40,000 bases of DNA from an uncultured Nitrososphaerota archaeon. GTDB lineage: Archaea; Thermoproteota; Nitrososphaeria; Nitrososphaerales; Nitrosopumilaceae. A program made the position numbers and the translations under genes. The stretch's first letter is position 1; each line of letters opens with the position of its first letter. Positions 1 to 9,645 of this stretch are shown piece after piece. The notes under the pieces were generated by a model. It made no database searches and was not told the origin of the DNA. It saw only the letters and a program-made list of their open reading frames with translations. The stretch spans positions 498,100 to 538,099 of the forward strand of contig CAWIGX010000003.1 in NCBI GenBank assembly GCA_963835875.1, given 5' to 3'.

Positions 1-64
1 TTACCTCAACTAATACTTCGGTTTCCTTAGTCTTCCTATTGATTTGAGCTGTTCTAGATTTCAT
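1..64 (-). CDS. hisB: imidazoleglycerol-phosphate dehydratase, N-terminal end only (gene runs off the left edge)
   Basis: Reverse-strand ATG at 64..62 translates to MKSRTAQINRKTKETEVLVEV, the R-x-T-x-ET N-terminal pattern of IGPD. It lies directly downstream of hisG-hisD-hisC on the same strand. Confidence 0.6.
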   Translation of the reverse strand, partial: MKSRTAQINRKTKETEVLVEV

Positions 65-89
65 TAAAATCACTGAGTAGAGAAGTGGT

Positions 90-1076
90 TTATGCCCTAA
101 CTAGATTTAATGTCTTCGGAATTAGATCTATAGATTTGACTATAATGTCGACATTGTGGCTCTCAAATAGAGTTCTTTTTGCATCCTGATCCTTGCTAGT
201 GCCATATACTCCACAGAATATTATCGGTATTCCAGATTCATTTGCCTTACGTGCCATGATATAGTCCTCCATAGAGTCACCTACATATAGCGAGTTATTT
301 CCATTCATACCTTTTATTACAGATATGAGAGATTGCGGATTTGGTTTTGCCATTTCACGTGGCTCATCCTCGAGGAATCTAGAATTATTCAAATCAAATT
401 CATTGAACATGTCTTTAAGAGAATGTTTTGCCGATAAGAGTCCTCGGCCTGTAACAATGGCAATTTTTTTGTCAAATCTTTCATGTAGACTTTTTACAAG
501 ATCTTCATTCAAAAGTACTATATCATTTTCAATTAGTCCTAGACCATCAAAAAACTGTGGTTTTCTCTTGTAAAGTTGTACATATAGTTTGGAACCGTAA
601 AACATCTCATCAAATATGGAGGAAAGAGGATTTTGGAATTTTTCACTTGGATATGCTAATTTTTTTCTAATATCAAAAATATCAACATTGATATCATCTA
701 GATATTTTTCAACTGATTTTATTCCGGTTTGATCTGCATTTTGTATTACTTTAAGAACAAATTTAGAAAACGGTTCATTTTTTTTCTTTGCTGCTACAAC
801 GGCAAGTATCAGAGCATATGCCACATCAATCTCGTCATTAAAACCCCCAGTAGCCTTGAGACCTTCTATCATACTTGTTGTTATTAATTCAGATTCATTC
901 ACTTGAGCCATTTCTTTTATGATAAAATCTACAGTTTTTTTTATGGCCAAATCATAAGAATTAGACACATCTATTAGAACTCCATCACAGTCAAACACTA
1001 TCGAATCTAGTTGCTTTATCTTCTCAATTTTTGAAGAATCTATCATGATTCCATTTTGTATTTCATTTAAAGTCAA
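90..1076 (-). CDS. HAD-superfamily hydrolase embedded in the his operon (candidate histidinol-phosphate phosphatase)
   Basis: HAD motifs are visible: FDCDGVLID (DxDG), VTGRG, and K...VGDSMEDY, with a long cap insertion between motifs I and II. Its start overlaps the hisC stop by 4 nt. Confidence 0.7.
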   Translation of the reverse strand: MTLNEIQNGIMIDSSKIEKIKQLDSIVFDCDGVLIDVSNSYDLAIKKTVDFIIKEMAQVNESELITTSMIEGLKATGGFNDEIDVAYALILAVVAAKKKNEPFSKFVLKVIQNADQTGIKSVEKYLDDINVDIFDIRKKLAYPSEKFQNPLSSIFDEMFYGSKLYVQLYKRKPQFFDGLGLIENDIVLLNEDLVKSLHERFDKKIAIVTGRGLLSAKHSLKDMFNEFDLNNSRFLEDEPREMAKPNPQSLISVIKGMNGNNSLYVGDSMEDYIMARKANESGIPIIFCGVYGTSKDQDAKRTLFESHNVDIIVKSIDLIPKTLNLVRA

Positions 1077-2143
1077 TTCAATAAATCCCGTATAGCTGTA
1101 AGAAATTTAGAATTCATATCTTGTGAACCTACAGTAACTCTTAGACAGCCTTCATGCTGAGCAATTTTATCAAGATTTTTTATAGATATGCCTTGTTCGA
1201 TTAGTGCCTTGTGAATTCTTTGACCAGAGCCTCCAGCTGCAAAAAGAATAAAATTGGCATTTGAGTCAAATACCTTGAATATTTTCATCTGTTTAAGATT
1301 AGTGATAATTCGTAAACGCTCTTTCTTAACAAGTTCTATAACATCCATAAAATATTTGGATTGTTTTAATGCCACTATACCAATCTCTATTGCCAGAGTG
1401 TTTAACGGGTAAGGATATTGGATTACCCTCGTAAATGTATCAATTATTTTGGAATTAGCCACTAAATATCCTATGCGTAATCCAGCTAATCCAAACGATT
1501 TGGACAAGGTTCTCAATACAATAAGATTATTGATTTTTTTTGTCATTTCTACAATAGAATAATCAGAAAATTCTACATATGCTTCATCTATGATGACAAG
1601 GCCCTTGAATTCTCGAATCAATTTTTCTAGATCTTTTTTCTGGAATTGAAATCCAGTAGGATTATTGGGCATGTCAAGATAAAGAATATCAGCTTTCTTG
1701 GAGTTTAACAAAAATTTTTCCAGATCAAGGGTCATATTTTTATTAAATGGAACTTTTATTGTTGAAATAGAATATAGTTTACATCGTTCTTCAAAGAATC
1801 CAAAGGTTGGTTCAGATGTTAGAATTTTTGTTTCTTTAGAAGTAAATGTATTCAAAATAAGATCAATTATCTGATCAGATCCGTTTCCTACACCAATCAT
1901 TTCTTTTGGTATTCCTATATATTTTGAAATAGATTGAGCTAGTCTTTCTGTTCCACCTAATGGATATTCTCTTACATCTGTGTTATTCTTCACTTCGTTT
2001 ATAATTTTCTGAAGAAATTCCTGCGATACTGCATAATTTTCGTTTGAATCAAGTTTTATCACATTAGAATATTTTTCCGGTTTCTTGTAACCTGTAAGTT
2101 GAGAATATTTTTCTAATTCTTTTTCAAACCAATCTTTTTTCAT
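1073..2143 (-). CDS. hisC: histidinol-phosphate aminotransferase
   Basis: Class I/II aminotransferase motifs MPNNPTG and [14 protein letters not shown] (PLP lysine). 4-nt overlaps with hisD and the HAD gene. Confidence 0.9.
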   Translation of the reverse strand: MKKDWFEKELEKYSQLTGYKKPEKYSNVIKLDSNENYAVSQEFLQKIINEVKNNTDVREYPLGGTERLAQSISKYIGIPKEMIGVGNGSDQIIDLILNTFTSKETKILTSEPTFGFFEERCKLYSISTIKVPFNKNMTLDLEKFLLNSKKADILYLDMPNNPTGFQFQKKDLEKLIREFKGLVIIDEAYVEFSDYSIVEMTKKINNLIVLRTLSKSFGLAGLRIGYLVANSKIIDTFTRVIQYPYPLNTLAIEIGIVALKQSKYFMDVIELVKKERLRIITNLKQMKIFKVFDSNANFILFAAGGSGQRIHKALIEQGISIKNLDKIAQHEGCLRVTVGSQDMNSKFLTAIRDLLN

Positions 2144-3414
2144 GATAATCTTCCCCTTACTGCTTCATAGTGATTTGGTAATCCTTCTGCATCAGTCAAG
2201 GCTTTCATATATTTTGAAATTTTTCCTAATGCAAGTTTAGAGGATTCTATTTGAGTATTCATCTTTAGATAATCCAATACACCAAGTGAACCTCTGGTTC
2301 TTCCAAATCTATTAGTTGGAAGTATGTGATTTGAACCTAATAGATAATCACTAGCTGAGGATGGAGTATTTTTTCCAATTAACATCAATCCTGCTGATTT
2401 TATTTTCTTTGCTAATTTTTGCGGAGTTTTTGTGATTATTTCAAGGTGTTCAGGTGCAAGTTTGTTTGCAAAATCAACCATTTGTTGTTCTGTGCTACAA
2501 ATAGCTATGAACCCATTTTTTTGTAGGCTTTCTTCTACAATAGAAGCTCTCTTGATTGTTTTAATTTTTTGTTGTACTGATTGTAGTACCAAGTTTTTTA
2601 ATTTCAAAGAGTTTGTAATCAGACAGCACATTGAATCTGGACTATGCTCTGCCTGAGAGATTAGATCAAGTGAGACAAGTTCAGCATCTGCAGTAACATC
2701 TGCAACAATGGCAAGTTCAGTAGGACCTGCAATCATATCAATTGAAACTACCTCACTTAGTAAAGATTTGGCAAGAGTTACAAATGCTCCTCCTGGACCA
2801 ACTATCTTGTCTACTTGTGGAATTGATTCAGTACCATATGCTAAGGCGGTGATTGCCTGAGCACCGCCGGTTTTATAGAATTCATCCACACCACAAATAT
2901 CAGCTGCTACAAGTGTTAATGGATCTATTGTACCTTTTTCATTTGGAGGAGATACTGCAATTATTTTCTTGACACCTGCAACCTTTGCTGGAACAACAGA
3001 CATAACAACACTACTTGGATATCTTGCCTTTCCTCCTGGAATATAGCAACCTACCGAATCAATTGGTAAAAATGATTTTTTTATTATTATACCATCAATC
3101 GTTATTGTCATATTTTGTAATTTTTTGCGTACAGCATTTTCAGATTGTTCCAATCTCATTTTTGCAAGTTTAATGCCTTTGATTTGATCTTTTCCAACCT
3201 TGGAGTATGCAGATTTTATTTCCTGTTTAGTAACTTTCAAAGAATGGATTTTTACTCCACTGAATTTTGTTTCATATTCTTTAAGGGCTTTATCTTTTCG
3301 GTTTCGTACATCAGATATGATAGATAATACTTTTTGTCTTACATCGTCATTTGTTTTGGGTCTAATTGATTCTATGATAGAACCTATGTCTTGAACATCT
3401 ATAATTCGCATCAA
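2140..3414 (-). CDS. hisD: histidinol dehydrogenase
   Basis: Signatures GGAQAITALAYGTESIP, SQAEHSPDS and PEHLE. 424 aa, typical length. Confidence 0.95.
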   Translation of the reverse strand: MMRIIDVQDIGSIIESIRPKTNDDVRQKVLSIISDVRNRKDKALKEYETKFSGVKIHSLKVTKQEIKSAYSKVGKDQIKGIKLAKMRLEQSENAVRKKLQNMTITIDGIIIKKSFLPIDSVGCYIPGGKARYPSSVVMSVVPAKVAGVKKIIAVSPPNEKGTIDPLTLVAADICGVDEFYKTGGAQAITALAYGTESIPQVDKIVGPGGAFVTLAKSLLSEVVSIDMIAGPTELAIVADVTADAELVSLDLISQAEHSPDSMCCLITNSLKLKNLVLQSVQQKIKTIKRASIVEESLQKNGFIAICSTEQQMVDFANKLAPEHLEIITKTPQKLAKKIKSAGLMLIGKNTPSSASDYLLGSNHILPTNRFGRTRGSLGVLDYLKMNTQIESSKLALGKISKYMKALTDAEGLPNHYEAVRGRLS

Positions 3415-4388
3415 CTTTCCTCATCACGTTTTATCTCCTCAAGTGCCAGTATCTGTTTTGGTTCATGCACTACTAAACCTTGAGCAATCTTTCGTAATTT
3501 TGGAATCATTTTATGGAATTCAGATTTAGGAATCACAGTATTAATGCCATACCATCCCTTTTCACTCAAAGGACTTATGGTAGGGCGTTTCAGAGATGGC
3601 AAATCGTGTAATAATTTGTTAAGATGTTCTTCTTTTACATTTAGGAATAAGTGAAGGTGTTTTTTTCCTTCAACCGCTCCTCTTAACATAGTTACGATGT
3701 CATAAATTTTTTCTCTTTTTGATTTATCTTTAAGTGATGTTTTATTTGCAATCAAAACAGCCGCTGATTCCATCACGGTATCAATTATTTTCAATTGATT
3801 TTGTGTTAGAGTGGTACCAGTCTCTGTCACATCTACAATTGCATCTACATCCTCAGGAGGTTTTGCTTCTGTTGCGCCAAATGAAAGAAATATCTGAACA
3901 TTCTTGTTTGAACCTTGACTTAACCACGGAGTTACAATAATCGGATGTTTTGAACCATAAAGTTTCTTGTAGCTTTTACACTGCATGATAAATTTAGCAG
4001 TTGTATTAAGATACTCTGAAGAAATTCGTAGTGTTTTTTTCTTCTTTGCATAAGACAAGATCATTTCATCTAGTGATTTAAAATTATAAGAATCAGGTAT
4101 TGCAAGCACGAGTTTTATTTTACCATATTCTAGATCTAAAAGTATTTCAACATCTGAATTTGTTTCCTTAACCCAGTCTCTTCCTGTGATACCAACATCA
4201 TACAAACCAGCAAATACCAAATTAGGTATTTCCTGAGGACGTAACATCTTGACTGAAATTTGTGGGTCGTCCAATATTACACGATAAGTTCTTTCCCGTC
4301 TAACTACTCGTGTCCATGATCTTTCAAGTATCTTAAAGGTCGCTTCTTCTATGCTTCCTTTGGGAACTGCAAATTTTACCAAAGCCAA
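3411..4388 (-). CDS. hisG: ATP phosphoribosyltransferase, long form
   Basis: GITGRDWVKE core motif plus a C-terminal regulatory extension (325 aa). First gene of the hisG-D-C cluster. Confidence 0.85.
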   Translation of the reverse strand: MALVKFAVPKGSIEEATFKILERSWTRVVRRERTYRVILDDPQISVKMLRPQEIPNLVFAGLYDVGITGRDWVKETNSDVEILLDLEYGKIKLVLAIPDSYNFKSLDEMILSYAKKKKTLRISSEYLNTTAKFIMQCKSYKKLYGSKHPIIVTPWLSQGSNKNVQIFLSFGATEAKPPEDVDAIVDVTETGTTLTQNQLKIIDTVMESAAVLIANKTSLKDKSKREKIYDIVTMLRGAVEGKKHLHLFLNVKEEHLNKLLHDLPSLKRPTISPLSEKGWYGINTVIPKSEFHKMIPKLRKIAQGLVVHEPKQILALEEIKRDEES

Positions 4389-4428
4389 TGTAGTCCTACC
4401 AAACTTCTTTGGATATATATTTAGTCGC

Positions 4429-5682
4429 CTAGAGATTACCCAATATTTCTTTTGCCCTAGTTACTGAGACATTTCCTTCTCTAGTCATTTGAGATATTAC
4501 CTTAGCCATCTTTTCTTGTGGAATCCCTGCGCTTGTGGCGATATTTCGTGCATGAAGTTTCATATGTCCTTTTTGTATCCCTTCAGAAGCCAGGGCCCTT
4601 ATGGCACTAAAATTCTGTGCAAGTCCAGCTGCACCTATTATACATGCTAATTCTTTGGCTGATTTTACACCTAAAATTTTCATACATATTTTTATCATAG
4701 GATGAATGTTGATTATTCCACCTACAGTTCCTACCGACATTGGCATTTCAATTTCTCCAATTAGATTTCCTTCTGGATTCTTCTTCCATTTTGTAAGCGA
4801 AGTATATTTTCCAGATCTTGATGCATATGCATGTGCAGCTGCTTCTATTGCTCTTGTATCTTGTCCAGTAGAATTTGCAACTGCTATAATTCCATTCATT
4901 ATGCCTTTATTATGAGTCACAGCTCGATAAGGATCATTTGCAGCAAATTCATAAGCCCAAATGATATTATCAACTATTTTTTCTCCACCCAGTTCTTCTT
5001 TATCAAAAATAGCTTTCCCTCTCACTAATCTTTTTGTAGAATAGTTAGACAGTATTTTCAAAATCACTCTTCCACCAGTTATTTTCTCAATCAATGGTGC
5101 AATTGCCTCACACATTGTATTTGTTACATTAGCACCCATTGCATCTCCTACATCTATTAAAATCTCTACAATAAGCATCAGACCTAATTCTGTTGTAACT
5201 TTTTTACATGAAATTTCTTTTGCACCTTTACCCATTTTTGAGAGAGTTTTACTTTTGGAGTTTGCAAGAGAAAGAATTTCATCTGATGCATCAATTACTT
5301 TTGAAATGGCTAGTTTTACATCAGCATCAATAACTTGAATTTGTCCTATGCTGTATGATTCATCAGCTTCCATTACAAAGCCTCCATGTTTTCTTGCAAT
5401 TTTGGCTGCTTTTGATGCAGCAGCGATAACAGATGGTTCTTCTATCACCATTGGAATTAGATAATCATTTCCGTTTATTTTGAAATTTGTAGCTATGCCA
5501 AGAGGATAAGATACAGTTCCAATAGCATTTTCAACCATATTGTTGGCTTGTTCAAAATTAATACCTCCCTCATTCTGTAGAATCTTGATATCATCTCTTG
5601 AAAGATTTGAGAATAATTTCAATATACGTAGTCTTTCTTCCCTTGTCTTTTCATGGAATTTTGGAATAGATGAATCTGTCAA
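4429..5682 (-). CDS. hmgA: HMG-CoA reductase (sequence looks class II-like)
   Basis: EEPSVIAAAS, DAMGANV and GTVGG motifs. From memory, the N-terminal ENAIGT...NFKINGNDYLIPMVIEEPSVIAAAS stretch resembles the Pseudomonas mevalonii class II enzyme. Confidence 0.9.
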   Translation of the reverse strand: MTDSSIPKFHEKTREERLRILKLFSNLSRDDIKILQNEGGINFEQANNMVENAIGTVSYPLGIATNFKINGNDYLIPMVIEEPSVIAAASKAAKIARKHGGFVMEADESYSIGQIQVIDADVKLAISKVIDASDEILSLANSKSKTLSKMGKGAKEISCKKVTTELGLMLIVEILIDVGDAMGANVTNTMCEAIAPLIEKITGGRVILKILSNYSTKRLVRGKAIFDKEELGGEKIVDNIIWAYEFAANDPYRAVTHNKGIMNGIIAVANSTGQDTRAIEAAAHAYASRSGKYTSLTKWKKNPEGNLIGEIEMPMSVGTVGGIINIHPMIKICMKILGVKSAKELACIIGAAGLAQNFSAIRALASEGIQKGHMKLHARNIATSAGIPQEKMAKVISQMTREGNVSVTRAKEILGNL

Positions 5683-5683
5683 T

Positions 5684-6778
5684 TTATTTTATAACCCTCA
5701 ATAGTTTATCATCATTTTTGTCCGGAAATCCTTCCCCATCTGTGTTTCCTGTAAGAATATACAGATAATCATCAGGTCCTACTCCAACCTCTCGAATTCT
5801 TCCCAATCCATCCAAGATGATTTTTTGTGATGTTATGTTACCATTTTGAAGAGGTAGTTGGTATAGTATGTTACCACGAAGTGTAGTAAGTATAAGACTA
5901 TTTTTAAGATCAAGTTTTCCTTGGCCATAATAAGCTATTCCTGCAGGTTCTACACTGATATTATAACAACTAAGAGCATCTTGATATTCCTTCAAACCAG
6001 AGCACTCTTGACTTGGCCAACCATAGTTTTTACCTTTCTCTACAAGGTTTATTTCATCATTTTTTGTTGGTCCCTCTTCAGTCTCGTAAAGATTTCCTTG
6101 ATCATCCCATGCTAAGCCCTGTGGATTTCTGTGACCTAAAGAATACACGGGTGAGTTTGGATAAGGATTATCATTAGGAATTGAGCCATCATCATTTAAT
6201 CGTAAAATTTTTCCAGCCAGTGATGATAAATCTTGAGCAGAGTTTTCATCTGTCGCGTCACCTGTCCCTATGTAGAGTTTTTTATCAGGACCAAATTTTA
6301 TTACACCACCATCATCAAATTCAGCACCTGGAATTTTATCCAATATCACTTTTGCATCTACGATCTTGTTATTAGATTCCGTAATTTCCAGTACTTTATT
6401 CCATAATTTGTCACCCTCCTTGTAGGTATAATAAACATACATCAAATGATTTTTTACAAAATCAGGATGTGTTGTTATTCCAAGAAGACCTGCATCAGTA
6501 ATATCGGCTACATGAAAATCTGCTACAGAGTCATTGACAAGTATACCATTATCAATAACTCTTAATTTTCCAACTTTCTCAGTAAAGAAAATTTTCCCAT
6601 CACCAAATGTTAATGCCCAAGGTTTTTGTAAATTAGTTGCAATGACTTGTACTGCATCAGTTCCAGTAGAGCTGGAATTTGGTTTTGGAATTACAATAGA
6701 ACCTGACGGTGATGTGATAATCAAAATTGAAGCTGCAATTGCAGCAATTATTGCCAATATTCTAGTTTTTTTATCCAC
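5684..6778 (-). CDS. membrane-anchored PQQ-dependent sugar (glucose/sorbosone) dehydrogenase family beta-propeller
   Basis: N-terminal hydrophobic anchor (ILAIIAAIAASILII), followed by LGHRNPQGLAWD and other YliI/sorbosone-dehydrogenase-like motifs. Confidence 0.7.
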   Translation of the reverse strand: MDKKTRILAIIAAIAASILIITSPSGSIVIPKPNSSSTGTDAVQVIATNLQKPWALTFGDGKIFFTEKVGKLRVIDNGILVNDSVADFHVADITDAGLLGITTHPDFVKNHLMYVYYTYKEGDKLWNKVLEITESNNKIVDAKVILDKIPGAEFDDGGVIKFGPDKKLYIGTGDATDENSAQDLSSLAGKILRLNDDGSIPNDNPYPNSPVYSLGHRNPQGLAWDDQGNLYETEEGPTKNDEINLVEKGKNYGWPSQECSGLKEYQDALSCYNISVEPAGIAYYGQGKLDLKNSLILTTLRGNILYQLPLQNGNITSQKIILDGLGRIREVGVGPDDYLYILTGNTDGEGFPDKNDDKLLRVIK

Positions 6779-6820
6779 AGGACTAAGACTTTAGAAATCC
6801 TATTAATTATTTCTAAATTC

Positions 6821-6837
6821 TTTTAAAGAGTATATAT
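6821..6837 (+). promoter_or_regulatory. candidate BRE/TATA promoter of the tRNA gene
   Basis: ttttaaagag-tatatat ends about 25 nt upstream of tRNA position 1, the usual archaeal TATA spacing. Confidence 0.35.
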
Positions 6838-6861
6838 CACCCTTGAGACATTTCTTCACTT

Positions 6862-6967
6862 AGCGGGGTGGGGAAGTCAGACTAAAGGGGCTAAGTCATC
6901 CCGGCGGGCTCATAATCAACACTGATGAGATACCCGCAGTCCAGTAGTTCAAATCTACTCCCCGCTA
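6862..6967 (+). tRNA. initiator tRNA-Met (CAU) carrying two introns; no encoded CCA
   Basis: Acceptor stem AGCGGGG/CCCCGCT (A1:U72), T arm AGTAG-TTCAAAT-CTACT, anticodon stem GCGGG/CCCGC with loop CTCATAA. GGG/CCC in the anticodon stem plus A1:U72 are archaeal initiator hallmarks. The gene is 106 nt: about 17 nt is inserted after the anticodon loop (canonical 37/38 site) and about 15 extra nt sit in the D loop (GGGA-AGTCAGACTAAAGGGGCTAAGTCA-TCCC). Confidence 0.75.
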
Positions 6968-6980
6968 TCCTCAAAACAGT

Positions 6981-8306
6981 TCAAGTTGTTTTAGAAAACC
7001 ATTTTTTTGAATTATTAAATTCAATTTTACTGTTAAATTTACCAATTCTTTGTAATGGACGTGTCAAATGTCGATGTGCAGAAGAAACTGGCAAGTAAAA
7101 TTGCTTCTTAATTTGTCGTGGAATCTCTTGCTCAACTTTGGTCAATCTAGTATTTCCACACTTGGAGCATTGATAACCCTGATTTTTGCCCTTTGATTTC
7201 ATACGTTTTTTACATTTCGTACAAAAAGGATTCACTAAAATAATATATTTTTCGAGATCAAGTATTTCTAGAAATTCTACATTTAGAACTTGTTTATGAT
7301 TTTTTGAAGATTTTCTTATTCCTCCTCCAATTTTCACCAAATCTCCTTTCATCAGTTTCTCTGCAATAGTAGTAAGTTTAGTTGGTTTGTATACAGCACA
7401 TTTCACTGTAACTCCATTTTTATATACGGAAAAGAATACATGTCCGCCCAAAATTGTATGTGGTTTTTCTGTTATTTTTCCAACTAGATACCCTGAAGAA
7501 AATGGTTTTAGATTTTGAATATCAATCTCGTTTTGTAAGTGATCACTTGTACCTTGATTTGAGCGAAATACCATATAGCCACAAAATTTTTCCTTGGATT
7601 TTACAAGAGATGCTCCTCTGATCACAGCATCAGGATCTTCTCCACGCACACCAAAGAATACAGGATCAGGGCCATGGGGTGCAATTAAGATTCTATTCTT
7701 TGCCTCATCAAAGCTGTTAAACGTTCTAGGAAATGTGAGTTGTTGCATTTTTTCTACACTATCTTTAAAAATTTCTCTTTTTTTTCTAAGATTTACTTTG
7801 TCTCTATACGAGATTAATTCAAAAGTATGATCTCGAAAATCATACCCTATTGCACCTATTGCACCTATAAGTCCTTGACCATTACCAAGATGATAAGTTT
7901 CTAGTTTGTTATCTTGTACGAACTTCTTTGCTTCATTTCTGCTTACTAGACGATCTAGTGCCATTTTTCCAAATTTTGCGAAACTTTCTGGGATAATCTT
8001 ATGTTCATAAAAAACTAGCCCTGGATTTGCACCATCTTTTACAGCAGAATATTTTTTGATATATTTTACAATGTTCTTTTTTACCAATTGAGGCTTTCTG
8101 GTCTCAATCTTTAATGCAACAGCACCATTTCCCCTAGTTTTCCATGGCACATTTGGATTAAATCGAATCAGGTATGGATAATCAAGAAACTTTACTTTTT
8201 CTTTTTTTAGATATTCCACTATTTTATAGGCAAGAAAAGTAGTACACATCCCTTTTCTCGAGTCCGTATCATCAAAGCCAATATGAAGAATAGAGGTCTC
8301 TTTCAT
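6981..8306 (-). CDS. tiaS: tRNA(Ile2) 2-agmatinylcytidine synthetase
   Basis: N-terminal HIGFDDTDSRKGMCTT motif, central OB-like region and C-terminal zinc ribbon CTKCKK...CSKCG. 441 aa. Confidence 0.8.
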   Translation of the reverse strand: MKETSILHIGFDDTDSRKGMCTTFLAYKIVEYLKKEKVKFLDYPYLIRFNPNVPWKTRGNGAVALKIETRKPQLVKKNIVKYIKKYSAVKDGANPGLVFYEHKIIPESFAKFGKMALDRLVSRNEAKKFVQDNKLETYHLGNGQGLIGAIGAIGYDFRDHTFELISYRDKVNLRKKREIFKDSVEKMQQLTFPRTFNSFDEAKNRILIAPHGPDPVFFGVRGEDPDAVIRGASLVKSKEKFCGYMVFRSNQGTSDHLQNEIDIQNLKPFSSGYLVGKITEKPHTILGGHVFFSVYKNGVTVKCAVYKPTKLTTIAEKLMKGDLVKIGGGIRKSSKNHKQVLNVEFLEILDLEKYIILVNPFCTKCKKRMKSKGKNQGYQCSKCGNTRLTKVEQEIPRQIKKQFYLPVSSAHRHLTRPLQRIGKFNSKIEFNNSKKWFSKTT

Positions 8307-8533
8307 TCGATTACAGTCATAGTAAGAGTAGAACGTACATTTTTGAGTTGCCTTATGTTATTTGAGATGGTTCTTTTTAGCGTCTCATTATCTGGTGCTT
8401 CCACTTTTACCACCAAGTCATAGGCACCATACAGAACATAGACATATTTTACGCTCTCCATGTTTTTTAGCTGGTTCAAAAGATCAGTTTCTGCACCCAA
8501 TTCAGCATTTATCAGTACAAAAGCAATTGGCAT
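8303..8533 (-). CDS. stand-alone Lrp/AsnC-type ligand-binding (RAM) domain protein
   Basis: 76 aa with the beta-alpha-beta-beta-alpha-beta pattern AFVLINAE...VKYVYVLYGAYDLVVKVEA. 4-nt overlap with tiaS. Confidence 0.6.
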   Translation of the reverse strand: MPIAFVLINAELGAETDLLNQLKNMESVKYVYVLYGAYDLVVKVEAPDNETLKRTISNNIRQLKNVRSTLTMTVIE

Positions 8534-8616
8534 TCATTTGGTCTTCAAAATGTACAATATTAAATATTGTGGCAGTTTCGTTTGATTTAAATTAAAAAAA
8601 CAATTTCCGATAACGA

Positions 8617-9612
8617 TTGATAGTAATAGATGAGAAAAAGATTTTTGAAGAGATAGAAAAAAGAAAACCAGTCTCAGTTGCCTTAAATGGACCAGATGGG
8701 ATAATACCAAAAATTCAAGAAACAGCCTCAAGAATAATGGAGAAATTTGGAATTCCAGCGTATGTTATGGCAGATAGCTGTTTTGGTACGTGTGATCTTA
8801 ATTCAAATGGTGCAAAAGTACTTGGGGCAGAAATTCTATTTCACATAGGACATACTATCAATTCAATGAGTTTTGGCGATAGCATAGTTCTCATAGATGC
8901 TTTTGATGACATATCATTTGAAAATGTCACAAAAAAATGTGTGAATGAAATCAAAGAGAAAACAGTTTCACTTGTTACAGATAGTCAACATTTACATGAA
9001 ATTAACAAAGTAAAGAAAATACTTGAAGAAGGAGGTATTACCGTAAAAATTGGAAAGGGTAAAGGTCAACTAAATGATGGGCAGGTATTTGGTTGTGAAT
9101 TTTATCCTGTTACAGAAACCAAGAATATCGTAGAGGCAAATGTATTCTTGGGGCAAAGCAATTTTCATGCTGCTGGAATTGCACTATCTACTAATCTACC
9201 AACATACATACTTGATCCATACTTTAATGAGATTAGAGAAATTACAGAATTTGCAAAAACACTACAGAAAAAAGCTATACTTACCATCTACAAGGCTGCC
9301 GAGGCAGAAACATTTGGAATAATTGTGGGACTAAAAGAAGGTCAGTTTTCAAAAATGACCGCTCTTAAATTCAAAAAGGAGTTAGAAAGTATAGGAAAGA
9401 AAGTGCAACTATTTGCCATAACAGAAATTTCTGATGACAAATTACGCAATCTCAAAGGAATTGATGCCTTTATTCAGGTTGCATGTCCAAGAATATCAAC
9501 AGATAATCATTTTCACAAGCCAGTTTTGTCTACCCCTCAGGCAAATGCATTACTGAAAATATTAAAAAAAGAAGGCATAGAGGGATTCCTACAAATTCCT
9601 CACTGGCTATAA
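8617..9612 (+). CDS. dph2: diphthamide biosynthesis protein Dph2 (2-(3-amino-3-carboxypropyl)histidine synthase)
   Basis: Dph1/Dph2 family cysteine motifs (DSCFGTCD, QVACPRIS) and a length of ~330 aa. The start codon is uncertain (the ORF track uses TTG). Confidence 0.8.
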   Translation: MIVIDEKKIFEEIEKRKPVSVALNGPDGIIPKIQETASRIMEKFGIPAYVMADSCFGTCDLNSNGAKVLGAEILFHIGHTINSMSFGDSIVLIDAFDDISFENVTKKCVNEIKEKTVSLVTDSQHLHEINKVKKILEEGGITVKIGKGKGQLNDGQVFGCEFYPVTETKNIVEANVFLGQSNFHAAGIALSTNLPTYILDPYFNEIREITEFAKTLQKKAILTIYKAAEAETFGIIVGLKEGQFSKMTALKFKKELESIGKKVQLFAITEISDDKLRNLKGIDAFIQVACPRISTDNHFHKPVLSTPQANALLKILKKEGIEGFLQIPHWL

Positions 9613-9645
9613 ACAATTATAATCATCAAATTTCAAATTAAGGCA

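Noticed and set aside
6862-8306. Is the tRNA(CAU) adjacent to tiaS its substrate tRNA-Ile2?
   Set aside because: The tRNA has A1:U72 and the GGG/CCC anticodon-stem pairs typical of archaeal initiator tRNA, so the adjacency is most likely coincidental.
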